64,000 nt of DNA from Lachnospiraceae bacterium (lineage in GTDB: Bacteria > Bacillota > Clostridia > Lachnospirales > Lachnospiraceae). The translations under genes and the position numbers were made by a program. This document shows, piece after piece, positions 15,890 through 26,450 of this stretch. Position 1 is the first letter of the stretch, and every line of letters begins with the position of its first letter. Below the pieces are notes generated by a model, which made no database searches, had not been told where the DNA came from, and saw nothing but the letters and a program-made list of their open reading frames with translations. The stretch is from positions 1 to 64,000 of the forward strand of contig JAIDOW010000067.1 of NCBI GenBank assembly GCA_029063085.1, given 5' to 3'.

Positions 15890-18097
15890 CTAACGTCCTT
15901 CGTTGATGTAAGTCTGTGCACGTTTTTGTATAATCTTTAACGTTTCTTCTATATTTCTATCCCCTGAAAAATATACCTTTGCCTCTTCTTCAATGATTTC
16001 CATCAAAGCACTGTCACTGCTGTTACTGGTTCTGGTATTCTTGATCAGTTCCCGAAGTTTCCTTTCTCTCTCCTGTGTCAACGGTTCTACCTTTATGGTC
16101 ATGCTTTCATAATCTAAATATTGACCACATTCCTCACACCCCTGGTTAAATTTTTGTATTGCCAGATCAAGACAGTCTTCCCTAACTGGAATATCTATAG
16201 CTCCTCTTCTTTCAAAATATTCCTTTGTCATGAACCTCCTTATAAATTCCCATGCCCCCTGCTTGACTTCCGACTTATAATAAATTCCCATTTGATTACT
16301 AAATGTAAAATATGATCCCTGTTTCTTCTCATTTGGATATCCGATAAATGTAATGTCACTTCCAAACAATTCCTCGCATTCCTGCATCTGCCACCATACG
16401 GAAGTTCCTCCCACTAACAAAATCTTCCCATCTCTCATCAGTCTGACATACTCCTCATTGTTCCATTCACTTTCTGCATCTTCTCCCGTATTACAAAGCT
16501 CTAAAATGTTTTTAAAGTCTTCTCCGTCAAAAAAACACTCCCCTTTATCCCAATCCACATAATCATCCAGTCCGCAGTCAAGAAATGTTATTAACAAAAT
16601 TTCTTTATTCTGCATATAAAAAATTCTGGTATCTGTCCCCTTTTTCTCCAATAACTTCTTCATATCATCAAATGTCCATCCGCTTTCTTCCCCCACATCT
16701 TCCGTTTTTCCTATTATGGTATTAATGGAAAAGCCTGGCGCCGTATAATAAAATCTGCCGTCTATTTTCATGGCCTCCGCAACTGAATCTATCAAATGCT
16801 CCCCTATCTCCGGATCATTTTCAAAATACAGTGTCAAATCCTCCAGTACCCCTTTCGATACATAATTTTTAACCGGCAGATCCTGTAATCCCACGATAAT
16901 ATCAGGTGCTCTTCCTGCAAGAATATCCAGGTTCATTTTCGTTTCATAATACATTTCCGGATATTGTTTCACTTCTATCTTATACTCGGTGCTTTCTTTA
17001 TTAAATGCAACTATTTCTTCTTCAATAGATGTATATGTTTCTTCTCCCAGTCCTATCGTAATTACCTTTTTCACCTGTTCTCCCGAAAGATCAGCTTTAC
17101 TGTACAGAATCAGACCCATGGAATTTTCCCCATTATCCGTCCACGCCCTACCAAGAAACTGCTCCTTTCCAATCGGCAAAATTTTGACCATACCTGATGA
17201 GTTCAGATTGGATGCAATATAATCCATCACTTTCACTTGTCTCGCTTCTTCTATATCATATCCGTATATTCCGGCACTATCTTTATAATAAAAATCATAT
17301 TCCTGTCCATCCAGCAAGGCATCCGTACTCTCAAAATTCTGCAAGTCCAGTGTAAAAGTATCTCCCCATTTTTTCCCATCAATATCCAATACTTTTACCT
17401 GTGCTCCCTCCTGATTATTAAAAGCACAAGCAATCTGACCATTCTTCATTCTTGCAATTCCTGATATCCGGGAATCTATTTTCACCTTCCAAAGGAATCT
17501 GCCCTGTTCATCCAACACTTTTATCTCGTTATCAAATATATAGACCAGCCGTCCTTTTCTGTCCATAATGCTTCTGTCACTGTTATCTATATTCTCTTTT
17601 TCTATCGTGTGTGTAATATCCTCATGAAATACTTCCTTTCCCTGCATATCTGTTTTCACCAGACATTCACTGCTTTTATCTTTCCCATCATACGTGCTTA
17701 CCAAGAATACAATATTGTTGTCTTCTCCTCCGGACATAAACTTCATATCCACATTTTCATTTTGCTGTGGCAGAGAAATTTCTGTTACATTACCGCCATC
17801 CAGATCAGCCGAATACATTCTAAAAACAGCAGAACTTCCATCTGAGATATCATCTCCACTGCCTTCTTTTTCCGTCCATTCTGCCGTGAAAACATATAAT
17901 TTTTCATTTTTCACAAAGAAGTCCCTGATATCTCCCTCAGCACCTTCTAAAAGAAGTACACACTCTTTATATGCCGTATTTTTTTCTTCCTCCTGTTTAA
18001 CCTCTTTCTTTTTGCCACATCCCGCCATTGTCAACACAAACACACCTGCAATAATCAGGAAGCAAAAATATCCCTCTCTTCTCCTTTTCATATGCAT
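15890..18097 (-). CDS. Lipoprotein with an N-terminal beta-rich domain plus a family-1 extracellular solute-binding-like domain
   Basis: 735-aa ORF. It has a signal peptide with a lipobox (LTMAGC). The C-terminal ~400 aa look like an SBP fold (GRAPDIIVGLQDLPVKNYVSKGVLEDLT...). It is adjacent to a MacAB-like ABC module. Confidence 0.45.
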   Translation of the reverse strand: MHMKRRREGYFCFLIIAGVFVLTMAGCGKKKEVKQEEEKNTAYKECVLLLEGAEGDIRDFFVKNEKLYVFTAEWTEKEGSGDDISDGSSAVFRMYSADLDGGNVTEISLPQQNENVDMKFMSGGEDNNIVFLVSTYDGKDKSSECLVKTDMQGKEVFHEDITHTIEKENIDNSDRSIMDRKGRLVYIFDNEIKVLDEQGRFLWKVKIDSRISGIARMKNGQIACAFNNQEGAQVKVLDIDGKKWGDTFTLDLQNFESTDALLDGQEYDFYYKDSAGIYGYDIEEARQVKVMDYIASNLNSSGMVKILPIGKEQFLGRAWTDNGENSMGLILYSKADLSGEQVKKVITIGLGEETYTSIEEEIVAFNKESTEYKIEVKQYPEMYYETKMNLDILAGRAPDIIVGLQDLPVKNYVSKGVLEDLTLYFENDPEIGEHLIDSVAEAMKIDGRFYYTAPGFSINTIIGKTEDVGEESGWTFDDMKKLLEKKGTDTRIFYMQNKEILLITFLDCGLDDYVDWDKGECFFDGEDFKNILELCNTGEDAESEWNNEEYVRLMRDGKILLVGGTSVWWQMQECEELFGSDITFIGYPNEKKQGSYFTFSNQMGIYYKSEVKQGAWEFIRRFMTKEYFERRGAIDIPVREDCLDLAIQKFNQGCEECGQYLDYESMTIKVEPLTQERERKLRELIKNTRTSNSSDSALMEIIEEEAKVYFSGDRNIEETLKIIQKRAQTYINEGR

Positions 18098-18286
18098 CCC
18101 ATCCTTTCATTATGCTTTACCGCTGCCTGTATTTTCCCCGCTAAACTCCTGCTAATGAAAGTATAACATATCAGACTTGTGCAATTTATCAACTCAATAA
18201 ATTCTTAAGAAGATTGACAGATTTTCGTAAGTTTTCTATACTTATGACCCAGATGGATTGTACACATCACTTATTCAACAATATAT

Positions 18287-19465
18287 CTATATTGTATACC
18301 TCAATGCTTCTATTGGACGTTTATTTGCTGCTTTATATGCGGGATAAATTCCAAATACAATACCAATCAGCATGGAAAATCCAATGGCAATCAATATAAC
18401 ATCTCCTGACAGGCTTGCAGATAAAGATGTCGACATATGATTAATGCCAAACACTATAAGCGCAGATAATCCAATCCCTATAAGGCAACCCATAACACTG
18501 ACAAGCAGAGCTTCAATTAAAAACTGTACTAAAATTGCTTGTTTTCTGGCCCCAACCGCTTTTCGTATTCCGATTTCCTTCGTCCGTTCCGTAACAGATA
18601 CCAGCATAATATTCATAATCCCAATTCCGCCCACCAATAGAGAAATAGCAGCAATACCTCCTAACATCCATTTCATGGTATCATTTACACTGCTCATAGT
18701 TTCCAAAATAGTAGATGCATTCACAACTGAAAATGCATCGGTATCCCCCTGCAAACGTTCATACATATATTCCGTTATCTCTTTCTCCACATAATCCATA
18801 CTGTTTTCATCCGCTGAAGAAACATAAAAACTGCTCACCTCCCGGCTCGTTCCCTTTATTTTAGATAACACATTAAATGGAATATAAGCCTCCAGACGTT
18901 CCGATTGATTGCCAATGGCAGTATCCTCCTCCTCCAGCACACCGATAACAGTGAAATGATAACCATCTATAGAGATGATTTCGTCCACTACATTCGTATT
19001 TCCAAATAATTCTTCTGCCGCTGTTGTATTTATAACTACTACAAAAGTCCCCTGACTGATATCTGCATTTTTTAAAAAACGCCCTTTTGCCAGAGAAAGT
19101 CCTCGAATGTCATAATAAGCTCCTGTCGTACCATACAAAGTAGCAGAGGAATTATTCCTTGCATATTTTACAGTTCCGTTTCCCTGTGAAATGGGAGCTG
19201 TGCCTGCCACCGACTCCTTTTGTGCCAACGAATTTACTTCTGACAATGTAAAAGGCGAACCTTTGTCATCCTGTATCTGTATGGTCAGCAGATTGGTACC
19301 AATCCTGGAAATAGAGTCCGTCACCTCATTCGTGGCACCATTTACGATAGATACCAGTACCACTAAGGACATAACCCCGATAATCATGCCAAGCATGGTA
19401 AGAAAGGAACGCATTTTATTGGAAAGAATAGAACTAACTGCCATTTTTACCGACTGAATTATCAT
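18287..19465 (-). CDS. ABC transporter permease, FtsX/MacB family (4 TM with large periplasmic domain)
   Basis: 392-aa ORF. An N-terminal TM helix (FLTMLGMIIGVMSLVVLVSIV) is followed by a ~250-aa extracytoplasmic domain and three C-terminal TM helices. This is the typical MacB-type FtsX layout. Confidence 0.8.
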   Translation of the reverse strand: MIIQSVKMAVSSILSNKMRSFLTMLGMIIGVMSLVVLVSIVNGATNEVTDSISRIGTNLLTIQIQDDKGSPFTLSEVNSLAQKESVAGTAPISQGNGTVKYARNNSSATLYGTTGAYYDIRGLSLAKGRFLKNADISQGTFVVVINTTAAEELFGNTNVVDEIISIDGYHFTVIGVLEEEDTAIGNQSERLEAYIPFNVLSKIKGTSREVSSFYVSSADENSMDYVEKEITEYMYERLQGDTDAFSVVNASTILETMSSVNDTMKWMLGGIAAISLLVGGIGIMNIMLVSVTERTKEIGIRKAVGARKQAILVQFLIEALLVSVMGCLIGIGLSALIVFGINHMSTSLSASLSGDVILIAIGFSMLIGIVFGIYPAYKAANKRPIEALRYTI

Positions 19466-19546
19466 ATATCAATTCTCCTTCTTCTATATCTTTTAGATAA
19501 TTGTAAACTCTGTTTTTTTGTCCCTGAAAATATACAGTTGCAATTA

Positions 19547-20299
19547 TCATTTATGCCCCATTTGGAAATCAACATCCCCGCGGCTGTCACCAAATATTTG
19601 TACAGGTATGCCTGCATGACTTTCTGCCACGGAAATGAACTCCTGTACCCGCCCATCCAGAATCCGGATTTTTCGCTCCGCCTGATCAGCCACCTTCTCA
19701 TCATGGGTAATCAGAACAATTGTATTTCCTCTGGCATGGAGTTCATGAAATAAGGACATGATTTCCTCCCCTGTTCCAGTATCCAGATTACCGGTAGGCT
19801 CATCTGCTAAAATCATGGCAGGACTGGTTACCAATGCTCGTGCTATGGCAACTCTTTGCTGCTGTCCGCCGGATAACTCCATAGGTTTATGTTCTTTTCT
19901 TTCTTCCAGCTTCACCTGGCTTAAAGCCTCTGACACAAGCTGCTCACGCTCTTTTTTTGCCATTTTCTTATATATTAATGGCAATTCCACATTTTCCTGC
20001 GCCGACAGTTTATTCAGCAGATTAAAGTTTTGGAATACAAATCCAATCTTCGCATTCCGAATCCGTGCCAGATCGTCCTCGGAATATTCTTCAATCGCAA
20101 TTCCGTCTAAATAATAACTGCCTTCATCTGCTATATCCAGACAACCTATCATATTCATTAATGTGGATTTCCCGCTTCCGGAAGGACCTATAATACTGAC
20201 AAATTCACCAGCTTTTATATGGAGAGATGCATGATCAAGGGCTTTCACGATTTCTCCGCCAACCTCATAGGTCTTGCAGATATTATCTAATACAATCAT
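19547..20299 (-). CDS. ABC transporter ATP-binding protein (MacB/LolD-like)
   Basis: Walker [10 protein letters not shown], signature [15 protein letters not shown], Walker [12 protein letters not shown]. The likely true start is the internal ATG at 20299-20297 (MIVLDN), which has a GGAGG RBS and abuts the adaptor stop at 20301. The 5'-extended ORF up to 20365 overlaps the adaptor gene. Confidence 0.85.
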   Translation of the reverse strand: MIVLDNICKTYEVGGEIVKALDHASLHIKAGEFVSIIGPSGSGKSTLMNMIGCLDIADEGSYYLDGIAIEEYSEDDLARIRNAKIGFVFQNFNLLNKLSAQENVELPLIYKKMAKKEREQLVSEALSQVKLEERKEHKPMELSGGQQQRVAIARALVTSPAMILADEPTGNLDTGTGEEIMSLFHELHARGNTIVLITHDEKVADQAERKIRILDGRVQEFISVAESHAGIPVQIFGDSRGDVDFQMGHK

Positions 20300-20300
20300 T

Positions 20301-22604
20301 TTATAATCCTCCCATTCCGCCTTTCGGTCCTCTTTCCTGCTGTCCACCGCCCTGCCAGTCGCCATTTTGCTTCATATCCGGTTTATCAGAAGGCATTCCT
20401 TCCATACCGTCCGGCATGCCCGTTCCCTTCATCCTGTCACCTTCATTTTTACTGCTCTCTTCACTCCCCATAATCTGATAATAAATGCTATCACCCTCTG
20501 ACAGACCAGATCGTATTTCCACATTCTTTTCATCCGAACATCCAAGTGTTACTTCTACTTTACCAGTCAACTCCTCTTTTGATTCATCATAGCCGGTATA
20601 TACATAACTTTTCTCGCCTTCATCCGTCACGGCAGTAAGAGGAACCACTAATACATCTTCTGCCTGTTCTATGATAATTTCTACAGAAGCATTCATTCCC
20701 GATAACATATCCTCTGTCTTATCCAAAACAATCTCTACCGGATATTGTGCAACTCCTCCGCTGGCACTTGCATTCCCACTGACCCTCATTATTTCACCGG
20801 AAAAAACTGCATTTTCCACTGCATCTAACGAAATCTCAGCCGAAAGTCCTTTTTTTATAGATAAAATATCCAGTTCATCTACATTCATGGTCACTATCAT
20901 TTTATCACCTTTTGCAATGACAAAACCGCTGACGGTTTCCACCAGAGATGATGTGGAACTGGCAGAAGATGCGGATGCCGTACCAGAACTGCTGACAGAA
21001 GCAGAATTGCCGCCAGAACCTGAATTGCTGACAGAACCTGCACTACTGTTTTTCCCTCCTGTAACTCTATCCGTGCCACTACTTCCTGATTTACCCTCTC
21101 CACTCTCTGCACTGTTCGTTCCGGCTGGTGCTGAGGTATCCTGCTCCGTTATCGTTCCATCCTTTATGTTATCTCCATTTGTTTCTTCTGTGGAATCTGT
21201 TGTCTCCTCTGTTTTTGTCGTTTCCGTTACTTCTACTTTTGCAGTGGAGCTTGCATAAGTATCTTCTGTCTCTTTAAATCTTACATACCATGTACCAGCG
21301 GCTGCCTTTGTATTTCCATCGTTACAATTCATCCATACCACTGCATTTTCCGAATCCGCATATTCCATATCCGCAGTTGTTCCGGTAATCACACCCTCTC
21401 CACCAACCAGATTTTGGGGTGCTTCCGGTGTTTCCTTTATCTGTGATGTACTGCCAGACCGGGTAATCTGTTCTACAGCAGACATCTTAGCAAATCCGGA
21501 ATCCTCTGACTGTACCGATACTAACATTTTTTCTTCCTTTTTATTTTCCCCTATTGCCTCACCTGTCTGGACTCCGATATTTTCTGATGCAGCTGATGCA
21601 GAAACCGAAATACTCTCTATCATACCCTCTGCTGTCGCTGTAATCCCTCCGTTTGCCTGAATGGAAATCAGCATATCCAGCAGGGACACCAGCTGTTCCC
21701 TTTCCTGCACTGCCTGCAAATAAGAAGCTGTTTTCCCCTGACTTTCCAAGGTATATACCTTTGTAGCGGCACTGACAGAGCTGTTTTGTGATACATTTAA
21801 AGAAGAAATTGTACCACTAACACCAACCACCTTAATCATCTGATGGATATATGCACTGCCTTTCCCAAGCTCTACTCCATCTGCACTGGTCACAGTTACC
21901 TCCTCTTCATAATCAAACACACTGTCATCAAAGATAATGACAGCCGACTCGGAATCTGCTGTTTCGATCGTTCCTGTTATTTCAGTATTACTGCTGCTGA
22001 CCACCACCTCGTCACCCGGATTCATTTTTTCTCCCAAGTCAATCTTTACTGCCATAAAACCATCCACGGATAACAGCATCAATGCCCCCTGTTCTTTCAT
22101 CACATCAACTATATTATCCTCCTCCACAGCATAAATTTTCTTTACCCTGCCGGATACTCCCGCTTTTATACTCTGATTAGTACTGCTGCTCTGTTCAGAA
22201 GTAATCGTACCATCTAATTCACTGATTGCTTCCTCTACTTCATTTAAACAGGTCACAAGAGAAGCTTCTTCCACGGTTGCAAGTAATTCTCCTTCCGTCA
22301 CGTAGCTTCCCTCATCTACCAGCATCTTTTCTATCATTAAGGCAGATGGTAAGACAATCTCCGTGGAATCCGCATAAGAAAGTGTTCCCGTACCGGATAC
22401 ACTAGTCGCAATCGTTCCTTTTTCCACAACAGCCTCTCTGCATACTGCTCCCTGTTCTCCCTTCACTCTTGATTTTCTGATGAAGAAACTCCCTGCTGTG
22501 ATAACCACTGCAAAAAGCACGGCTCCTCCTATTATTACTTTTTTCCATGTCCCTTTTTGTTTAACCATAATCCTTTTTACCATTTCTGCCTCCATTCTTT
22601 TCAA
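20301..22604 (-). CDS. HlyD/MacA-family periplasmic adaptor protein with a long Ser/Thr/Gly-rich low-complexity region
   Basis: 767-aa ORF. It has an N-terminal TM anchor, beta-barrel/lipoyl-like segments typical of membrane-fusion proteins (e.g. GELLATVEEASLV, IVLDKTEDMLSGMNASVEI), and a ~150-aa S/T/G-rich stretch. It is the first gene of the adaptor-ATPase-permease string. Confidence 0.6.
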   Translation of the reverse strand: MKRMEAEMVKRIMVKQKGTWKKVIIGGAVLFAVVITAGSFFIRKSRVKGEQGAVCREAVVEKGTIATSVSGTGTLSYADSTEIVLPSALMIEKMLVDEGSYVTEGELLATVEEASLVTCLNEVEEAISELDGTITSEQSSSTNQSIKAGVSGRVKKIYAVEEDNIVDVMKEQGALMLLSVDGFMAVKIDLGEKMNPGDEVVVSSSNTEITGTIETADSESAVIIFDDSVFDYEEEVTVTSADGVELGKGSAYIHQMIKVVGVSGTISSLNVSQNSSVSAATKVYTLESQGKTASYLQAVQEREQLVSLLDMLISIQANGGITATAEGMIESISVSASAASENIGVQTGEAIGENKKEEKMLVSVQSEDSGFAKMSAVEQITRSGSTSQIKETPEAPQNLVGGEGVITGTTADMEYADSENAVVWMNCNDGNTKAAAGTWYVRFKETEDTYASSTAKVEVTETTKTEETTDSTEETNGDNIKDGTITEQDTSAPAGTNSAESGEGKSGSSGTDRVTGGKNSSAGSVSNSGSGGNSASVSSSGTASASSASSTSSLVETVSGFVIAKGDKMIVTMNVDELDILSIKKGLSAEISLDAVENAVFSGEIMRVSGNASASGGVAQYPVEIVLDKTEDMLSGMNASVEIIIEQAEDVLVVPLTAVTDEGEKSYVYTGYDESKEELTGKVEVTLGCSDEKNVEIRSGLSEGDSIYYQIMGSEESSKNEGDRMKGTGMPDGMEGMPSDKPDMKQNGDWQGGGQQERGPKGGMGGL

Positions 22605-22685
22605 CTTTTTAAACTTCCATATACAATGAAACAGAGTCTATTTTGTAATTTTAGAAAATCGTATCAATCCTTTCTTAAAAAAACC

Positions 22686-22742
22686 TTGAAATATTTTGAA
22701 AAAAATTTGAAAATGCTTCTCACTCTTTTCAACCTTTTTTCA
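22686..22742. promoter_or_regulatory. Three direct TTGAAA repeats at 10-11-bp phasing (plus one inverted copy) in the divergent adaptor/response-regulator promoter region. Candidate OmpR-family RR binding site
   Basis: TTGAAA at 22686, 22696 and 22707, and TTTCAA at 22737. The adjacent gene encodes an OmpR-family RR. Confidence 0.4.
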
Positions 22743-22815
22743 AGATAATCATGCTATAATGTAAAAAAATATTCTATCAAACAAAATATGACAAATTGAA
22801 TACAGGAGACATGAA

Positions 22816-23493
22816 ATGCGGCTATTATTAGTAGAAGACGAAGAAGGATTTGCAGAAGCACTCTGTGCTTCTTTAAAAATGGAACACTATATTACAGACT
22901 GGGCAAAGAATGGAGAAGAAGGATTATCACAGGGATTATCTAATATCTACGATGCCATCATCCTGGATATTATGCTTCCCGGTTTGAACGGTCTGACAGT
23001 CCTGCAAAAACTCAGGGAACAAGGAATTCATACACCCGTTCTCCTGTTAACTGCAAAATCGGGACTGGATGACAAGATTACGGGACTGGATCTGGGGGCT
23101 GATGATTATCTTACCAAACCCTTTCACCGTGAAGAACTATATGCCAGACTCCGTGCCCTTACCCGAAGGCACTCCACTACCTCTTTACAGGAACTTTCCT
23201 GTGGTGACCTCTATATGATACAGGGAAGCAATGAACTATGTTGTAAAACCAATGGCAGTCATTTACCTTTAAATGGCAAGGAATACCAGCTTATGGAATA
23301 TCTGCTCCGAAATGCAGGACAGATCATCAGCCGGGAACAGATTATTGAAAAAATATGGGGATATGACACGAATACAGAATACAACAATGTGGAAGTGTAT
23401 ATTTCCTTTCTCCGAAAAAAACTCCTCTATTTAAAATCAGAAGTTTCAATTCAGACGATAAGGAAGCTTGGCTATATGCTGAAAAAAACATAA
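22816..23493 (+). CDS. OmpR/PhoB-family response regulator
   Basis: 225-aa ORF with a REC domain (LLLVEDEE...DAIILDIMLPGLNG...LLLTAK) and a C-terminal winged helix (EYQLMEYLLRNAGQIISREQIIEKIWG). Confidence 0.9.
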   Translation: MRLLLVEDEEGFAEALCASLKMEHYITDWAKNGEEGLSQGLSNIYDAIILDIMLPGLNGLTVLQKLREQGIHTPVLLLTAKSGLDDKITGLDLGADDYLTKPFHREELYARLRALTRRHSTTSLQELSCGDLYMIQGSNELCCKTNGSHLPLNGKEYQLMEYLLRNAGQIISREQIIEKIWGYDTNTEYNNVEVYISFLRKKLLYLKSEVSIQTIRKLGYMLKKT

Positions 23494-23548
23494 TGCATGC
23501 AACAAGAATATTTTATACCCGGAATGGAACGAAAGGAATGAATACAAT

Positions 23549-24862
23549 ATGACAAAAAAACTACGCTGGCGTATCATGTTTATAATGATGCTATTACTCT
23601 CTCTTACCTTTATCAGCATTATCACTGCCATCAATATATGGCTCCGGGCCGATAACCGGGCAGAGGCAGACAATAATCTGCGTTTTTTACTCCAGCGGGA
23701 AACACAGCCGGATAGAATAAGACCAGATGATTCCCATCCGGCTTCCGAAGACCTTTCCAAAACAGATCCTGATAATCTGCTACCGGATTCTGACACAACA
23801 TCTTCCAGAGATAAGAATATGCAAAAACCGAATATACCGGAAAACCGTCGTATGGAAATTGCCACCTCCCATTTTATCCTTGCCAGATATTCTTCCGACA
23901 ACCAGCTCATCTCTATTCAAAACACTCTGTCGGAAAGCTACAGTGAAGAAGAAATCAAACAATACTGTGATAAACTCCTTGGAAAAAGCAAACAGCAGGG
24001 AACCCTTGGAAATCTGCGTTATATCATCCGAAAAAATAAAGATGGTACTGTCATCGCTTTTATCGACCATACCCAGGGTGCACAGAGCGGAAAAAAACTG
24101 CTTATGATTTCAATCGTATTAGGAATCACCGGTTTAATCATCTTTGCTTTTTTATCTTATATATTGTCCGGACTTATGGTTCATCCGATAGAGGAAGCCT
24201 TTGCTAAGCAAAAGCAGTTTATCTCGGATGCCAGCCATGAATTAAAAACCCCTATTGCTGTTATCTTATCCAATAGTGAATTATTGGAGGATCAAATTGG
24301 CAAAAACAAACAACTGGCTTATATAAAAAAAGAATGTGACCAGATGCACCATCTGGTTACCTCATTACTTACACTATCACATCTGGAACAGACCCCATAT
24401 GTGGAGGAAGAAAAAAATACCTTTTCCCTCAGTGATGCCCTGTTAGAACGGATTCTCCCTTTAGAAAGCATTGCTTTTGAAAAACAAATCACTATGCAGT
24501 ATCACATTATTCCAGATATTTCTTTTTATGGAGTGAAAGAACAGATTCAACAGACTGCTGTCATTTTAATTGATAATGCCCTGACCTACACAGATAAACC
24601 AGGGCAGGTTGACATTACACTGGAACAAACTTCTCATCACATCATTTTTAAGGTAAGTAACACCGGTGAAGCGATTCCTAAAGAAGACAGGGAAAAGCTG
24701 TTTGAACGTTTCTACCGGAGAGACAAAGCACGAAACCGTACCAACGGACACTATGGCCTGGGACTGTCTATCGCCAGAATGATCGTGCACAATCATAAAG
24801 GACAAATTCATGTTGAATGTAAAGAAGGTCTCACTTCCTTTGTTGTCACATGGAAAATATGA
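23549..24862 (+). CDS. Sensor histidine kinase (2 TM, HisKA + HATPase_c), partner of the OmpR-family RR
   Basis: 437-aa ORF. It has two TM segments, an H-box SHELKTPIAVI, and N/G boxes (NALTYT, GHYGLGLSIARMIV). Confidence 0.85.
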   Translation: MTKKLRWRIMFIMMLLLSLTFISIITAINIWLRADNRAEADNNLRFLLQRETQPDRIRPDDSHPASEDLSKTDPDNLLPDSDTTSSRDKNMQKPNIPENRRMEIATSHFILARYSSDNQLISIQNTLSESYSEEEIKQYCDKLLGKSKQQGTLGNLRYIIRKNKDGTVIAFIDHTQGAQSGKKLLMISIVLGITGLIIFAFLSYILSGLMVHPIEEAFAKQKQFISDASHELKTPIAVILSNSELLEDQIGKNKQLAYIKKECDQMHHLVTSLLTLSHLEQTPYVEEEKNTFSLSDALLERILPLESIAFEKQITMQYHIIPDISFYGVKEQIQQTAVILIDNALTYTDKPGQVDITLEQTSHHIIFKVSNTGEAIPKEDREKLFERFYRRDKARNRTNGHYGLGLSIARMIVHNHKGQIHVECKEGLTSFVVTWKI

Positions 24863-24929
24863 ATTAGATGCATATATGGACAGGCACCTAAGTGTTTCTA
24901 TATACATATTTTAAATTAGAGAACTGTTT

Positions 24930-25808
24930 TTGAAGGGAATCACTATGAAACAGTATGATATCGCACTACTCGGTGGAGATATACGAAATGCTTACATGAT
25001 ACCTTATTTTTTAAAAAAGGAATACAAAGTAATCTGCTATGGAACCCAAACGATACCCCTGAAAGAAAAGGAACTGCTCACATACGCAGAGACATGGCAG
25101 GAGGCCGTAGAAAAATCGGACTGTATTATTGGCGGTATTCCATTCTTTAAGAATGGGACTGTTTTTTTTAAAGAAAACCTGCCGCACTTAAAACAAAATG
25201 ACTTATACCTATGTTTAGAAAAAGGGCAGACTTTATTTGGCGGAGTCATCCCTAAGGATTTTATAGCTTTATGTGATAAAAAAGAAGTGAACTGTTATGA
25301 CTTCATGGCAGATGAAACGCTTGCTATCTTTAATGCAGTAGCAACAGCAGAAGGCACTATCTTAGAGGCTCTAAAGCATCAGACAACTAATATCCAGGGC
25401 AGTAAAAGCCTTATACTTGGATATGGCAGATGCGGTAAAATCCTTGCAGAAAAATTAAAAGGCATGAATGCCGATGTGACTGTATGCAGCCAATGTGAAA
25501 CAGAGCTTGCATACGCAGAAGCATTTGGATTTCATACCCTTCCTTTCTACCATTTAAAAGAAAAAATTCATAAGTATGAATATATCTACAATACAATCCC
25601 TTCTGTAATATTAAAAAAAGATATACTAGCACAAATAAGCAATGATGCATTAATCATCGACATTGCTTCCGGTCTTGGCGGTGTGGACTATGCCTCCGCA
25701 GAAAAATTAGGGCTTAGAGCATATCATTGCCTTGGTCTGCCCGGGAAATATGCACCAAAGATATCCGCAAAAAAATTAGTTGATTTTGTAATTCATAAAA
25801 TAGAATGA
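24930..25808 (+). CDS. dpaA: Dipicolinate synthase subunit A (SpoVFA-like)
   Basis: 292-aa ORF with a Rossmann segment ILGYGRCGKILAEKLKGMNADVTV. It lies immediately upstream of a clear dpaB homologue. Confidence 0.7.
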   Translation: MKGITMKQYDIALLGGDIRNAYMIPYFLKKEYKVICYGTQTIPLKEKELLTYAETWQEAVEKSDCIIGGIPFFKNGTVFFKENLPHLKQNDLYLCLEKGQTLFGGVIPKDFIALCDKKEVNCYDFMADETLAIFNAVATAEGTILEALKHQTTNIQGSKSLILGYGRCGKILAEKLKGMNADVTVCSQCETELAYAEAFGFHTLPFYHLKEKIHKYEYIYNTIPSVILKKDILAQISNDALIIDIASGLGGVDYASAEKLGLRAYHCLGLPGKYAPKISAKKLVDFVIHKIE

Positions 25809-25825
25809 TTAAAGGGGATTTTTAA

Positions 25826-26410
25826 ATGGAATTAAAGGGAAAAAAGGTTGGTGTTGCACTGACCGGTTCATTTTGTACCTTTGATAAAATATTTGTGGAA
25901 TTAAAAAAGCTGGTGGAAGCAGGAGCAGATGTCTACACTATCTTTTCTAATGCTTCTCAACAGATTTCCAGCCGTTTTGGCACTCCCGAGGAATTCATAA
26001 AAAAAGCAGAAGAAATTACAGGGCGAAAACCTATCTTTACCATTGAAGATGCCGAACCGATCGGGCCTCAGGCATATCTGGACATTTTAGTTATTTTTCC
26101 CTGTACCGGCAATACCATCGCCAAGCTTGCAAACGGCATTACCGATACCCCTGTATTGATGGGGGCAAAAGCACATTTAAGAAATAACAAACCACTTGTA
26201 ATCTCCATTTCTACCAATGATGCCCTGGGAATGAATATGAAAAATATCGGATTATTAATGAATGCCAAAAACATATATTTTGTTCCTTTTGGGCAGGATA
26301 ATCCAATTAAGAAAAGCAATTCCCTGATTGCACATACAGATAAACTGATACCGGCTTTGGAGCTTGCTCTTGAGGGACAACAGTATCAGCCAATTCTGGA
26401 AGCTTTTTAA
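25826..26410 (+). CDS. dpaB: Dipicolinate synthase subunit B (SpoVFB, flavoprotein)
   Basis: 194-aa ORF that aligns along its whole length with B. subtilis SpoVFB (LTGSFCTF, PCTGNTIAKLANGITDTPVLMGAKAHLRNNKPLVISISTNDALGMN, FVPFGQDNPIKKSNSLIA). Confidence 0.9.
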   Translation: MELKGKKVGVALTGSFCTFDKIFVELKKLVEAGADVYTIFSNASQQISSRFGTPEEFIKKAEEITGRKPIFTIEDAEPIGPQAYLDILVIFPCTGNTIAKLANGITDTPVLMGAKAHLRNNKPLVISISTNDALGMNMKNIGLLMNAKNIYFVPFGQDNPIKKSNSLIAHTDKLIPALELALEGQQYQPILEAF

Positions 26411-26450
26411 GTGATGAAAGATATGATAACAAGGAAAGGATATATTGATT

